From Bacteroidia bacterium (GTDB lineage Bacteria > Bacteroidota > Bacteroidia > UKL13-3), in NCBI GenBank assembly GCA_044337585.1, contig JBIINH010000003.1:1-40239 (forward strand): 40,239 nucleotides of DNA. Reading direction: 5' to 3'. Made by a program: the position numbers and the translations under genes. Numbering within the stretch: the stretch's first letter is position 1; each line of letters begins with the position of its first letter. Below are positions 26,767-37,777 of this stretch, one piece after another. The notes under the pieces are model-generated. The model saw nothing but the letters and a program-made list of their open reading frames with translations. It searched no databases and was not told the origin of the DNA.

Positions 26767-28038
26767 ATGATCGGAGCAAAATTTCACGCAGCAATTATCA
26801 CTATCGGAGACGAAATTTTAATTGGCCAAATTACAGATACAAATAGTGCTTGGCTTGGCCAAGAGTTAGGTAAAATGGGCGTTCGCGTTAACTATCGATG
26901 TTCGGTTGGCGATGTAAAAGAGCATATCATCAACGCACTTAACCAAGCACAACAATATGCAGATATCATCATCACCACTGGTGGGTTAGGACCTACAAAA
27001 GATGATGTAACTAAACAAACATTATGCGAATATTTTAATACGAGCTTAATTGAGAATAAGGAAGTATTGGATTGGGTTACTAAAATATTTCGCATGCGAA
27101 AATTACCAATGATTGACTCAAATAAATTTCAAGCAATGGTTCCTGAAAATTGTGAAGTGTTATTTAACAGTACAGGAACTGCGCCCGGAATGTTATTTAT
27201 GATAAATGGGAAAATGGTTATCAGTCTACCGGGAGTACCCTTTGAAATGAAAAATATTTTTGAAGAACATTGTACTTCTAAAATTAAATCAACATTTAAA
27301 TTGCCATCAATTATTCACCGCACCATTCAAACAACTAGTATTGGTGAATCATTTCTTGCTGAAAAAATAAAAGATTGGGAAGACAAACTTCCTGCGCATA
27401 TCAATTTAGCATACTTGCCTTCGGTTGGTCAAGTCAGGTTGCGATTAAGCGGATATAGTGATGACTTATCTTCACTTAATAATGAAATGAATGGCATCAT
27501 AAGCGATTTATATAATTATGCGGGTGAATACATTTTTGGTGAAGAAGACACTTCCCTTCAAAAAGCCGTTGGTGAATTGTTAAAAACTAACAACACAAGT
27601 TTATCTACTGCCGAAAGTTGTACCGGAGGTTACCTAGCCCATCTTATTACATCTGTACCAGGAAGTTCATCCTATTATAAAGGCAGTATTATTGCGTACG
27701 ACAACAAAATAAAAATGGCGGAGCTGGGTGTTTCATCTGATATATTAAATTCAGTTGGTGCAGTTAGCGAAGCATGTGTGAAAAAGATGGCAGAGGGAGT
27801 TCGTTTAAAAATGCAAACCGATTATGGAATAGCAACAAGTGGCATTGCAGGACCAGATGGTGGAACTAATGAAAAACCCGTAGGCACAGTTTGGATTGCC
27901 ATTAGTAGTTCATCAACAACATTTGCCAAACAGTTCAACATGGGAGATAACCGCGAAAGAACAATTTTAAGAACAGCGCTTCAAGGATTAGACATGTTAC
28001 GAAAAACTATCCTAGAAGAAAATAAAGCAAACCTTTAA
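26767..28038 (+). CDS. cinA: CinA-family competence/damage-inducible protein (MoCF-binding domain plus PncC-like NMN deamidase domain)
   Basis: AAIITIGDEILIGQITDTNSAWL, TTGGLGPTKDD and the C-terminal LSTAESCTGG...GIAGPDGG blocks. Confidence 0.9.
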   Translation: MIGAKFHAAIITIGDEILIGQITDTNSAWLGQELGKMGVRVNYRCSVGDVKEHIINALNQAQQYADIIITTGGLGPTKDDVTKQTLCEYFNTSLIENKEVLDWVTKIFRMRKLPMIDSNKFQAMVPENCEVLFNSTGTAPGMLFMINGKMVISLPGVPFEMKNIFEEHCTSKIKSTFKLPSIIHRTIQTTSIGESFLAEKIKDWEDKLPAHINLAYLPSVGQVRLRLSGYSDDLSSLNNEMNGIISDLYNYAGEYIFGEEDTSLQKAVGELLKTNNTSLSTAESCTGGYLAHLITSVPGSSSYYKGSIIAYDNKIKMAELGVSSDILNSVGAVSEACVKKMAEGVRLKMQTDYGIATSGIAGPDGGTNEKPVGTVWIAISSSSTTFAKQFNMGDNRERTILRTALQGLDMLRKTILEENKANL

Positions 28039-28138
28039 ATTATAAATCAAGAGCTACGCTAGGAGAATATCCGATCTGCCGATTTTTCAAAAATCTCATA
28101 ATATACGTGTTCACAACACTTTACAATTTTGTAATCCA

Positions 28139-28169
28139 TTGGCATAAGTGATGCAAAAACATAAATTTG
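28139..28169 (+). promoter_or_regulatory. Bacteroidota sigma-A-type promoter of the E2 gene
   Basis: TTG (28139-28141)-N20-TAAATTTG (28162-28169), 21 nt upstream of ATG 28191. Confidence 0.55.
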
Positions 28170-28190
28170 CCTCATTAAGAACTTATTGAT

Positions 28191-29528
28191 ATGGCAGAAT
28201 TTCAACTTGTGATGCCCAAAATGGGTGAGAGCATAGCAGAAGCAACAATTATACGTTGGGTAAAAAATGAAGGTGACGTTATCAATGCGGATGAAACCGT
28301 ATTGGAAATTGCTACTGATAAAGTAGACAGCGAAGTACCTGCACCCAAAGGAGGAATTTTAAAAAAGAAATTGTTCAATGAAAATGATGTGGTAGCTGTT
28401 GGCGCAGTTATAGCCATCATTGAAACGGAGGGTGCAGCCGCTATCACAACTCCGGCATCAACTCCTGTAGTTGAACATAAGCAAGCAGTAACAGAAGTTA
28501 TTAAAACAGTTGAAACTGCAATCGAGACTACCAAACCGGTATTAACAGGTGGTTCTCGTTTTTATTCTCCTTTGGTATTAAACATTGCCAAAGAAGAAAA
28601 TATCAGCATGGCTGAATTAGAAAATATTCCTGGAACCGGGAGTGAAGGTCGTGTAACAAAAAAAGATATTTTGGCTTACGTTCAAAATAAAGGAACACAA
28701 ACCCCAACTACAAATATTACTGCGCCTGTTGTAACTCAAACCCCAGCAGTAACTAATACAACTTCGGAAGCGCCAGCTGCATCAAAACCTACATCTGCAT
28801 CTAAAATTTCCTTGATGCCCGGTGATGAAATCATCGAGATGGATCGCATGCGCAAATTGATTGCTGATCATATGGTGATGAGTAAATCAACATCTCCTCA
28901 CGTAACATCCTTTGTTGAAGCAGATGTAACCAATATGGTAGTATGGAGAGAAAAAGTGAAAAAGAATTTTGAAAAACGTGAGAATGAAAAAATTACGTTT
29001 ACTCCACTATTTATAGAATGTGTGGTGAAAGCAATAAAAGACTTTCCGATGATTAACATTTCTGTTGATGGCCAAAATATCATTAAACGGAAAAATATAA
29101 ATATCGGAATGGCAGCTGCTCTTCCATCAGGTAATCTTATTGTTCCTGTGATAAAAAATGCAGATATGATGAATCTAGTTGGGTTAACAAAATCGGTAAA
29201 TGATTTGGCCAACCGCGCAAGAGGCAACAAACTTTCTCCAGATGAAATTTCGGGTGGTACATTCACCCTTACAAATGTGGGTGGTTTTGGAAATGTTATG
29301 GGAACTCCCATTATCAATCAACCTCAAGTAGCAATTATGGCTACAGGCTCAATAAAGAAAAAACCTGCTGTATTGGAAACTGAAATGGGTGATGTAATTG
29401 CAATTCGTCACATTATGTTCCTATCAATGAGTTATGATCACCGTGTAGTTGACGGTTCGCTTGGTGGCTCATTCTTAAGACGTGTTGCCGATTATATGGA
29501 GCAATGGGATATTAATAGAGAATATTAA
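28191..29528 (+). CDS. 2-oxoacid dehydrogenase E2 component (dihydrolipoyl acyltransferase)
   Basis: Lipoyl domain (EIATDKVDSEVPAP), an Ala/Pro/Thr linker, a peripheral subunit-binding domain (SPLVLNIAKEENISMAELENIPGTGSEGRVTKKDI) and a catalytic domain (SMSYDHRVVDGSLG). No E1 or E3 gene is adjacent. Confidence 0.9.
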   Translation: MAEFQLVMPKMGESIAEATIIRWVKNEGDVINADETVLEIATDKVDSEVPAPKGGILKKKLFNENDVVAVGAVIAIIETEGAAAITTPASTPVVEHKQAVTEVIKTVETAIETTKPVLTGGSRFYSPLVLNIAKEENISMAELENIPGTGSEGRVTKKDILAYVQNKGTQTPTTNITAPVVTQTPAVTNTTSEAPAASKPTSASKISLMPGDEIIEMDRMRKLIADHMVMSKSTSPHVTSFVEADVTNMVVWREKVKKNFEKRENEKITFTPLFIECVVKAIKDFPMINISVDGQNIIKRKNINIGMAAALPSGNLIVPVIKNADMMNLVGLTKSVNDLANRARGNKLSPDEISGGTFTLTNVGGFGNVMGTPIINQPQVAIMATGSIKKKPAVLETEMGDVIAIRHIMFLSMSYDHRVVDGSLGGSFLRRVADYMEQWDINREY

Positions 29529-29534
29529 ACAATC

Positions 29535-30302
29535 ATGCAAAAACAGAAAAATACCAATATCTATGCTTATGGAATCTTATCCATTGGAATAGTAATTGGC
29601 TCATGGTTTATTGGTACTTCTATTAAAAGTTTCAAAACAGATGATAGAACAGTAACTGTAAAGGGGTTTTCTGAAAAAGATGTTAAATCTGATTTGGTTA
29701 TTTGGAATATGAAGGTACGTATTGTAGACAACGACCTTCAAGCTGGGAGTATGGGAATTGAAAATGCTAGGCAGAAAGTTGTTGCATTCCTTATAAACAA
29801 AGGAATCAAAAACAATGAAATAACCGTTAAGGATTTAAACGTAATTGACAAGCAAGCTGACGAATACAACTCTTCGGGTGGCTTTGCGAAATACCGATAC
29901 CTAATAGAAGAAAGTATTGAAGTGAGATCTACAAATGTAGATTTGGTAAAAGAAGTTAGTCGAATGACCAATGAGTTATTAAATGCTGGGGTTGTCTTAT
30001 CTACAAAAAATGATTGGCGCACATCTGGACTAAGATTCATGTTTACAAAGCTAAACGAGATTAAGCCGGCAATGGTCAAAGATGCCATTCAAAATGCACG
30101 ACAAGCTGCACAGGAATTTGCAAATGAAAGCAATGCAGAATTAGGTAAGTTAAAACGTGCTCAACAAGGTTATTTTACCGTACAAGATAGGGATGCATCA
30201 TTAAACAGTGGCGTAGGTGAAGGTGGATATTACGACAACTCTTCATCTGATGTTTTCAAAAAAGTTCGTGTAGTTATTGCATTGGATTACTCGATTAACT
30301 AA
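29535..30302 (+). CDS. SIMPL (DUF541) domain protein
   Basis: N-terminal TM/signal anchor. Its length and blocks (VTVKGFSEK...; ...AQEFA..S.A.LGKL) resemble the SIMPL / 26-kDa periplasmic immunogenic protein family. Confidence 0.75.
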   Translation: MQKQKNTNIYAYGILSIGIVIGSWFIGTSIKSFKTDDRTVTVKGFSEKDVKSDLVIWNMKVRIVDNDLQAGSMGIENARQKVVAFLINKGIKNNEITVKDLNVIDKQADEYNSSGGFAKYRYLIEESIEVRSTNVDLVKEVSRMTNELLNAGVVLSTKNDWRTSGLRFMFTKLNEIKPAMVKDAIQNARQAAQEFANESNAELGKLKRAQQGYFTVQDRDASLNSGVGEGGYYDNSSSDVFKKVRVVIALDYSIN

Positions 30303-30363
30303 AGTATTACATAATCATTACCCATTTTCTGAACCATAATCATTCCTCAATCGTTTTAATCGA

Positions 30364-30900
30364 ATGAAAAACATTTTTATCATTCTTTCCTTTTCAGTTA
30401 TGTATGCTTGCTCTACACACCCGGTAGCCAACAATACCATAACAGATTCAACAACAAACCAAAATACCATCTCCATGCAAAACGAACAGTTTGAAATAAA
30501 TAAACCCGAAGAATTCTGGAAAGAAAAACTAAGTCCTGAGCAGTATGCGATAATTAGGATGAAGGGTACTGAGCGTCCGTTTACCGGAAAATTTGAAAAC
30601 CATTGGGAACCGGGTGTATATTTGTGTGCTGCTTGTGGAAATGAATTATTTCAATCGGACACAAAATTTGATGCAGGTTGCGGATGGCCAAGTTTTTACG
30701 AAGCACTCGACAAAACAAAAATTACAGAGAAAATTGATAAAACCTTCGGTATGACACGCATAGAAATTATGTGCGCAAAGTGCGGTGGCCATCTTGGGCA
30801 TGTATTTAATGACGGCCCTCAAGATAAAACAGGATTGCGTTATTGTGTAAACTCTGTTTCATTGGACTTCAGAAAAAAAGATACTATAGCCACAAAATAG
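30364..30900 (+). CDS. msrB: Peptide-methionine (R)-S-oxide reductase MsrB, lipoprotein form
   Basis: Lipobox VMYACS. The MsrB core has two CxxC pairs (CAACGNELF, CAKCGGHLGHVF) and the catalytic GLRYCVNS. Confidence 0.92.
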   Translation: MKNIFIILSFSVMYACSTHPVANNTITDSTTNQNTISMQNEQFEINKPEEFWKEKLSPEQYAIIRMKGTERPFTGKFENHWEPGVYLCAACGNELFQSDTKFDAGCGWPSFYEALDKTKITEKIDKTFGMTRIEIMCAKCGGHLGHVFNDGPQDKTGLRYCVNSVSLDFRKKDTIATK

Positions 30901-30934
30901 TTACTGATTCTGTTTTTTTATTTAGGTTTGGGGT

Positions 30935-32290
30935 ATGTTAAACAACAGAAACCTCATCATTGCTTCACTCATAGCATTCTTTTTAGATTCACTGCTACAT
31001 CTGTCCGGTTGGATGGGCATTGCCGTATTACCTTCATTCCTTTTACATACCTCCCGATTTATTTTCATAGGCATTCTTGCTGTGTACATTATCAGATCAA
31101 AATCCCTAACAGCAGCCATTTTAATGTGCATGTTTTTGGGAATGGAGGTTGCTGAGTTTTTTCCTGAAACGGCCAAAGAACTAAAAGTCTTTAGCGACAT
31201 TTTTCTACGACTCATCAAAACCATTATTGCTCCATTGCTATTTGCAACATTGGTTGTTGGTATAGCAGGTCATGCAAGTTTAAAACAAGTTGGTAGAATG
31301 GGCTGGAAATCGATATTGTATTTTGAAGTTGTTACAACATTGGCTTTACTTATAGGACTATTGGCTATAAATATATCTAAAGCAGGTGTCGGCACTTCTA
31401 TACAAGCAGGTGAAGCACAAATTGAACGCGCAGAAGCATTATTGGAACAAAAGCATTCGCATCATGTAATCCTTGATATTTTTCCTGAAAATATTGCCAA
31501 GGCAGTTGCTGAAAATCAAATCCTTCAAATTGTTATTTTTAGCATTCTGTTTGGAATTGCATTGGCACAAATTGGAGGGGAACGAAAAAAACAGATGCTT
31601 GTTTGGGTAGAGTCTTTAGCAGATGTGATGTTTAAATTTACCAATATGGTCATGTTTGTTGCACCTTTAGCAGTAGGAGGAGCCATGGCTTTTGCTGTTG
31701 CCACAATGGGCTATGAAGTACTGCAAAACCTACTAAAACTGGTTGCCACGCTATATGTTGCACTTATTGCTTTTGTTGTTATCATACTTGTTCCGATTGG
31801 CTTGTTGGTTAAGCTTCCTTTCAAAAAATTTATGCAGCACATTAGCGAGCCATTATCTATTGCATTTGCTACCGCAAGTTCCGAAGCCGCATTACCCAAA
31901 GCCATGGAAAACTTGGAAAAGATGGGTATTCCGAGAAAAGTGGTTTCCTTCGTTTTGCCAACCGGTTATAGTTTCAATTTGGACGGCACCACTTTATATC
32001 TTTCACTGGCAGCTGTATTTATTGCGCAGGTAAGTGGAATTGATCTAACTATTGGGCAGCAAATTCAAATGTGTTTGGTTTTGATGCTCACCAGCAAAGG
32101 TGTTGCCGGTGTTAGAGGTGCTTCCTTTATCATTCTGGTAGGTACAGTTCAGTCTTTAGGATTAGATCCGCAAAAAGCATTTGCCATCCTTGCCATTGAT
32201 GCCATTATGGACATGGGCCGCACGTCTATCAATTTGGTGGGAAATTGCTTGGCTACTTATGTAGTGGCGAAATGGGAAGGAGAAGTGTAA
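30935..32290 (+). CDS. Dicarboxylate/amino acid:cation symporter (GltP/DctA, SDF family)
   Basis: Polytopic membrane protein. IIAPLLFATLVVGI, SSEAALP, PTGYSFNLDGT and MDMGRTSINLVGN are typical SDF blocks. Confidence 0.9.
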   Translation: MLNNRNLIIASLIAFFLDSLLHLSGWMGIAVLPSFLLHTSRFIFIGILAVYIIRSKSLTAAILMCMFLGMEVAEFFPETAKELKVFSDIFLRLIKTIIAPLLFATLVVGIAGHASLKQVGRMGWKSILYFEVVTTLALLIGLLAINISKAGVGTSIQAGEAQIERAEALLEQKHSHHVILDIFPENIAKAVAENQILQIVIFSILFGIALAQIGGERKKQMLVWVESLADVMFKFTNMVMFVAPLAVGGAMAFAVATMGYEVLQNLLKLVATLYVALIAFVVIILVPIGLLVKLPFKKFMQHISEPLSIAFATASSEAALPKAMENLEKMGIPRKVVSFVLPTGYSFNLDGTTLYLSLAAVFIAQVSGIDLTIGQQIQMCLVLMLTSKGVAGVRGASFIILVGTVQSLGLDPQKAFAILAIDAIMDMGRTSINLVGNCLATYVVAKWEGEV

Positions 32291-32298
32291 AAAATAAT

Positions 32299-33843
32299 TT
32301 AAAACTTCTTCCTCAACCCGAAATGAAGTCCTACGAAATATGGATATTGTTTTACCCAATCCGGGTTTTCAATCATATTCCTTAGTCCTATTTTACACTG
32401 TGGTATCAAACTAAGTTCTACACTTTGATTTACTGAGTAATTCAATCCCATTGCAATGGTGGTAAAGAATTCATTTCTGAATCCCGGAAAACTTTCCTTA
32501 TCTGTAAGCATTAGTATTCCCACATTATCATAATTAACCATTGCCACATCAAGATTTGATAAAAAAGCATAGCTAATTCCGGAACTTAACTGAAAAGAAA
32601 ATTTTTGTTTGGTAGGAAATCTATACGTTAACATAATCGGTATTTCTGTCCACGAATACCTGATATTGGAAATATAGCTATTTCCGCTTACAATTGAATC
32701 CCCTGGGTTTTGCATTTGCCCTTGTGATTCATTTGGTGAATGCGCACTTTCGGGAAGTGTAATATTATAATAAAATGATTGCTTAAATAATAAGCGCCCA
32801 AATCCTGCCGACAGCATCCATTTTTTATTCAAATCATAGTTTAACAAAAATTGAAAAGCCCAATCTATTTCAGGTTGCTCGATTGCCCTTCGCAAAGCTG
32901 TATTTTCTTCAAGCGGATACCTCCCCACTTCCGGTGATTCTAAGCGCATCATACAGTAGTTGACACCTGCTACCATCGAAATTGAAAATCGGGTAAGTCC
33001 GCTTTCTTCATCCACTTTTCCGGGCTCTGATAAATTGCTTGACGTGGCATTTGCAGCAAGTGTTCTGCCAGTATTTGGTAAAGAGTCAATTAATGGTAAA
33101 CTATCGAATTTGTCAGTTCCTTTATCTGATTTAATCGAACTTAAAAAGGGATTTTCATTTTTCAATATGCTGTCTTTATTGGATATATCAACAGCAAAAA
33201 TTTCCTGTGAACTATTTTTGCCAATGTCTTCAATATTATTGTTTGGTACTAAGTTGTTATTATCTGTGTGGTTTGAATTTACTGCAAGCGAGGATTTGTA
33301 AATTTTTTGCTTATTGTATACTGTGGGTTGAGACTTGTTATTAGAAGTTTTATTTACAATAGTTTCTAATTCACTTTTTTGAGTTGAATAATCTGCTGTA
33401 TTTATTTGGTTGGTGTTTTTTATTCTTTGCTTCTGGCTTGGTGACTCTTTTACTTGATTGCCAGAAGGCTTAGTGCTTCTATCAATACTTTCTTTATCAG
33501 GAAAAGCATCTTGAACAATTTTTTCATTAGCTACTTTTATTTGGGTGTTGGTATAAAATAATGCAGCAAACAATACAAAAATCAACATCACTAACGTGGC
33601 ATACCTCCACCATGTACGCATTCCTCTTTCATCATTTAATTCTGTTTCAATATTTGGCCATATTTCAGTTGAGGGGTGCACTTCTACTTCATCCAGCAAC
33701 GACTTTACTTTATTTTCGAAATCACCCTCAGGAATATTTTTTTCAAAACGCTCCCACAATGAGGCATCTGGCTTCACTTCAAAGTCAGCAAACTTTTGCT
33801 TGATCTTATTTTCTATATGTTTACGGTTCCTGAAAGGGTTCAT
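32299..33843 (-). CDS. Anti-sigma-like membrane protein with a C-terminal OM beta-barrel-like domain
   Basis: About 77 aa precede the single TM helix (WWRYATLVMLIFVLFAALFY) and contain two W-motifs (ASLWERFEKNI, TEIWPNIETEL). A roughly 200-aa S/N/K/T-rich low-complexity linker follows, then a beta-strand-patterned C-domain ending GLHFGLRKKF. The gene overlaps the upstream ECF sigma gene by 23 nt. Confidence 0.5.
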   Translation of the reverse strand: MNPFRNRKHIENKIKQKFADFEVKPDASLWERFEKNIPEGDFENKVKSLLDEVEVHPSTEIWPNIETELNDERGMRTWWRYATLVMLIFVLFAALFYTNTQIKVANEKIVQDAFPDKESIDRSTKPSGNQVKESPSQKQRIKNTNQINTADYSTQKSELETIVNKTSNNKSQPTVYNKQKIYKSSLAVNSNHTDNNNLVPNNNIEDIGKNSSQEIFAVDISNKDSILKNENPFLSSIKSDKGTDKFDSLPLIDSLPNTGRTLAANATSSNLSEPGKVDEESGLTRFSISMVAGVNYCMMRLESPEVGRYPLEENTALRRAIEQPEIDWAFQFLLNYDLNKKWMLSAGFGRLLFKQSFYYNITLPESAHSPNESQGQMQNPGDSIVSGNSYISNIRYSWTEIPIMLTYRFPTKQKFSFQLSSGISYAFLSNLDVAMVNYDNVGILMLTDKESFPGFRNEFFTTIAMGLNYSVNQSVELSLIPQCKIGLRNMIENPDWVKQYPYFVGLHFGLRKKF

Positions 33844-34381
33844 TTAATATTTGGTAATGTTTAGCCAATGCTTGTTGCAAGAATTGGCGTGCTCTTGAAT
33901 ATTGCGATTTAGAAGTTCCTTCAGCTATACCAAGCATTTTAGCAATTTCTTTATGAGTATAACCTTCAACGGCATACAAATTAAATATAACTTTATAGCC
34001 TTCAGGCATCTGATGCATAAGCATCATAATTTCTTTTGCCGATATTTTATCAATTATACCATCATTATAAGGAGCGTCATGTTCTTCGTGATCAAAATCC
34101 TCCTTGTATTTTCGTAGCCTGTATTTATAAACATTGATGGCTGTGAAAATCATTATTCTGCGAACCCATCCTTCAAAGCTACCTTCGTTCTTAAATTTAT
34201 TTATATTAAGAAAAACCTTAAGGAATCCCTCTTGTAGCATATCTTCTGCTTCACTTTTATCTTTAGCATAGCGCATGCACACACCGAGCATTTTTGATGC
34301 AAAATGCTCATAGAGAGATTTTTGGCAACTTCTCTCTCCTTTTATGCATCCCTTAATAATATCTGCTTCGGTGTATTTCAC
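33821..34381 (-). CDS. ECF-type RNA polymerase sigma-70 family factor
   Basis: Region 2 (EAEDMLQEGFLKVFLNINKF...FEGWVRRIMIFTAIN) and region 4 HTH (YTHKEIAKMLGIAEGTSKSQYSRAR). 186 aa. Confidence 0.88.
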   Translation of the reverse strand: MKYTEADIIKGCIKGERSCQKSLYEHFASKMLGVCMRYAKDKSEAEDMLQEGFLKVFLNINKFKNEGSFEGWVRRIMIFTAINVYKYRLRKYKEDFDHEEHDAPYNDGIIDKISAKEIMMLMHQMPEGYKVIFNLYAVEGYTHKEIAKMLGIAEGTSKSQYSRARQFLQQALAKHYQILNEPFQEP

Positions 34382-34564
34382 TATTGCTAAGTCAAATGAA
34401 ATTAAATTTCAGTTGCTTATTGTTATAAATTTATAGTTTGTCAGTAATAAATACAAAATGACAGCCAAATATCTGTAAAGTACTGACAAAATTGACAAGA
34501 ATGTGGCTTGGCACACTTTCTGACAATTAAATATGTCTAATTAATACAAATAATCAAAAAACAT

Positions 34565-36504
<1,940 letters not shown>

Positions 36505-36522
36505 TCTATCTGCTTTATAAAC

Positions 36523-36562
36523 AAAAAAATCCCGCTTGTAGTTCTACAAGCGGGATTTTTTT
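36523..36562. terminator. Bidirectional rho-independent terminator (groEL / queA)
   Basis: AAAAAAATCCCGCTTGTA-GTTC-TACAAGCGGGATTTTTTT: a 10-bp GC-containing stem extended by A/T runs on both sides, between convergent stops. Confidence 0.8.
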
Positions 36563-36575
36563 GTGAATGAAAAAT

Positions 36576-37622
36576 TTATAAAATCAACATCGCATCACCA
36601 TATGCCAAGAAACGATATTTCTTTTTAATGGCTTCTTGATACGCTTCTACTAAGAAATCATAATCTGCAAAAGCTGCACTCATCATCATTAATGTTGATT
36701 CAGGGGTATGGAAATTAGTAATAATCGCATTTGGAATAGAAAAATCATAAAACGGGAAAATAAATTTATCAGTCCATCCACTACCAACATTAAGTCTACC
36801 AAGTGACGATACAGATGATTCCAATCCTCTCACAACAGATGACCCTACTGCAATAACCCGCTTTTTGTTGTCCAATGCTTTGTTTACGATTTTTGCAGTA
36901 TGTTCAGGTATTTCATAAAATTCCGAATCCATTTTGTGCTTGGTAAGATCTTCTACTTCTACCGCACGGAAAGTACCTAAGCCATTATGCAAAGTCATTT
37001 CTGTAAAATGCGCACCTTTAATTTCAAGACGCATCATCAATTCCTTTGTAAAGTGCAAGCCAGCAGTTGGAGGTGAGACTGCTCCAATTCTGGTAGCAAA
37101 TATGGTTTGAAATCTTTCTCTATCTGCTTTTTCAACGGCCCTTCCCATATATTTTGGAATAGGCATCTCTCCTAGTTTATCTATTAATTTCCAAAGTTCT
37201 TCGTCACTGCCATCAAATAAAAACCTGATTGTTCTTCCCCTAGATGTTGTATTGTCAACCACTTCGGCAACTAGGTCATCATTTCCAAAATACAATTTGT
37301 TTCCCACTCGAATTTTTCGAGCAGGGTCAACAAGCACATCCCAAAGTTTCATTTCCTTATTCAATTCACGCAATAAGAATACCTCAATTTGGGCTCCTGT
37401 TTTTTCCTTACTGCCATACAAACGTGCTGGAAAAACTTTGGTATTATTGATTACAAAAACATCGTCCTCATTAAAATACTCAAGAATATCATTAAATTTT
37501 CTGTGTTCTATTTTCTTGGTATCTCTGTGTAACACCATCATTTTAGCATCGTGGCGAACATCAGTAGGGTGTTTGGCAATTAGGCTGTCTGCAAAGTTGA
37601 ATTTAAATTGGGATAGTTTCAT
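36576..37622 (-). CDS. queA: S-adenosylmethionine:tRNA ribosyltransferase-isomerase
   Basis: [34 protein letters not shown] and [10 protein letters not shown] are typical QueA blocks. Confidence 0.95.
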   Translation of the reverse strand: MKLSQFKFNFADSLIAKHPTDVRHDAKMMVLHRDTKKIEHRKFNDILEYFNEDDVFVINNTKVFPARLYGSKEKTGAQIEVFLLRELNKEMKLWDVLVDPARKIRVGNKLYFGNDDLVAEVVDNTTSRGRTIRFLFDGSDEELWKLIDKLGEMPIPKYMGRAVEKADRERFQTIFATRIGAVSPPTAGLHFTKELMMRLEIKGAHFTEMTLHNGLGTFRAVEVEDLTKHKMDSEFYEIPEHTAKIVNKALDNKKRVIAVGSSVVRGLESSVSSLGRLNVGSGWTDKFIFPFYDFSIPNAIITNFHTPESTLMMMSAAFADYDFLVEAYQEAIKKKYRFLAYGDAMLIL

Positions 37623-37682
37623 CGTATATATTTTCCTGTAAGTGTATATTATGCCTCAGATAAAGCAAAAATTTGAGGTGTG

Positions 37683-37712
37683 CAAATGTAGCATATCCAA
37701 TTTAAAATACAA
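37683..37712 (-). promoter_or_regulatory. Bacteroidota sigma-A-type promoter of queA
   Basis: The minus strand reads TTG-N19-TACATTTG. The -7 box ends about 60 nt upstream of ATG 37622. Confidence 0.55.
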
Positions 37713-37714
37713 CC

Positions 37715-37752
37715 GTATAAAAACAATACAGCCGACACTAGGCCGGCTGTAT
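37715..37752 (-). terminator. Rho-independent terminator of the TPR/OmpA-like lipoprotein gene
   Basis: ATACAGCCG (37726-37734) pairs with CGGCTGTAT (37744-37752). On the minus strand the stem is followed by TTGTTTTTAT. Confidence 0.65.
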
Positions 37753-37777
37753 ACTTTTAATATTATTTAATTGGCTA

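Noticed and set aside
34509-34523. Sigma-54-like TGGCAC upstream of groES
   Set aside because: The -24 TGGCAC is present. The position where the -12 GC should fall (TGGCAC-N5-TTGC) reads CTGA, so the -12 element is missing.
34382-34564. CIRCE/HrcA operator upstream of groES
   Set aside because: I searched by eye for TTAGCACTC-N9-GAGTGCTAA on both strands and found nothing resembling it.
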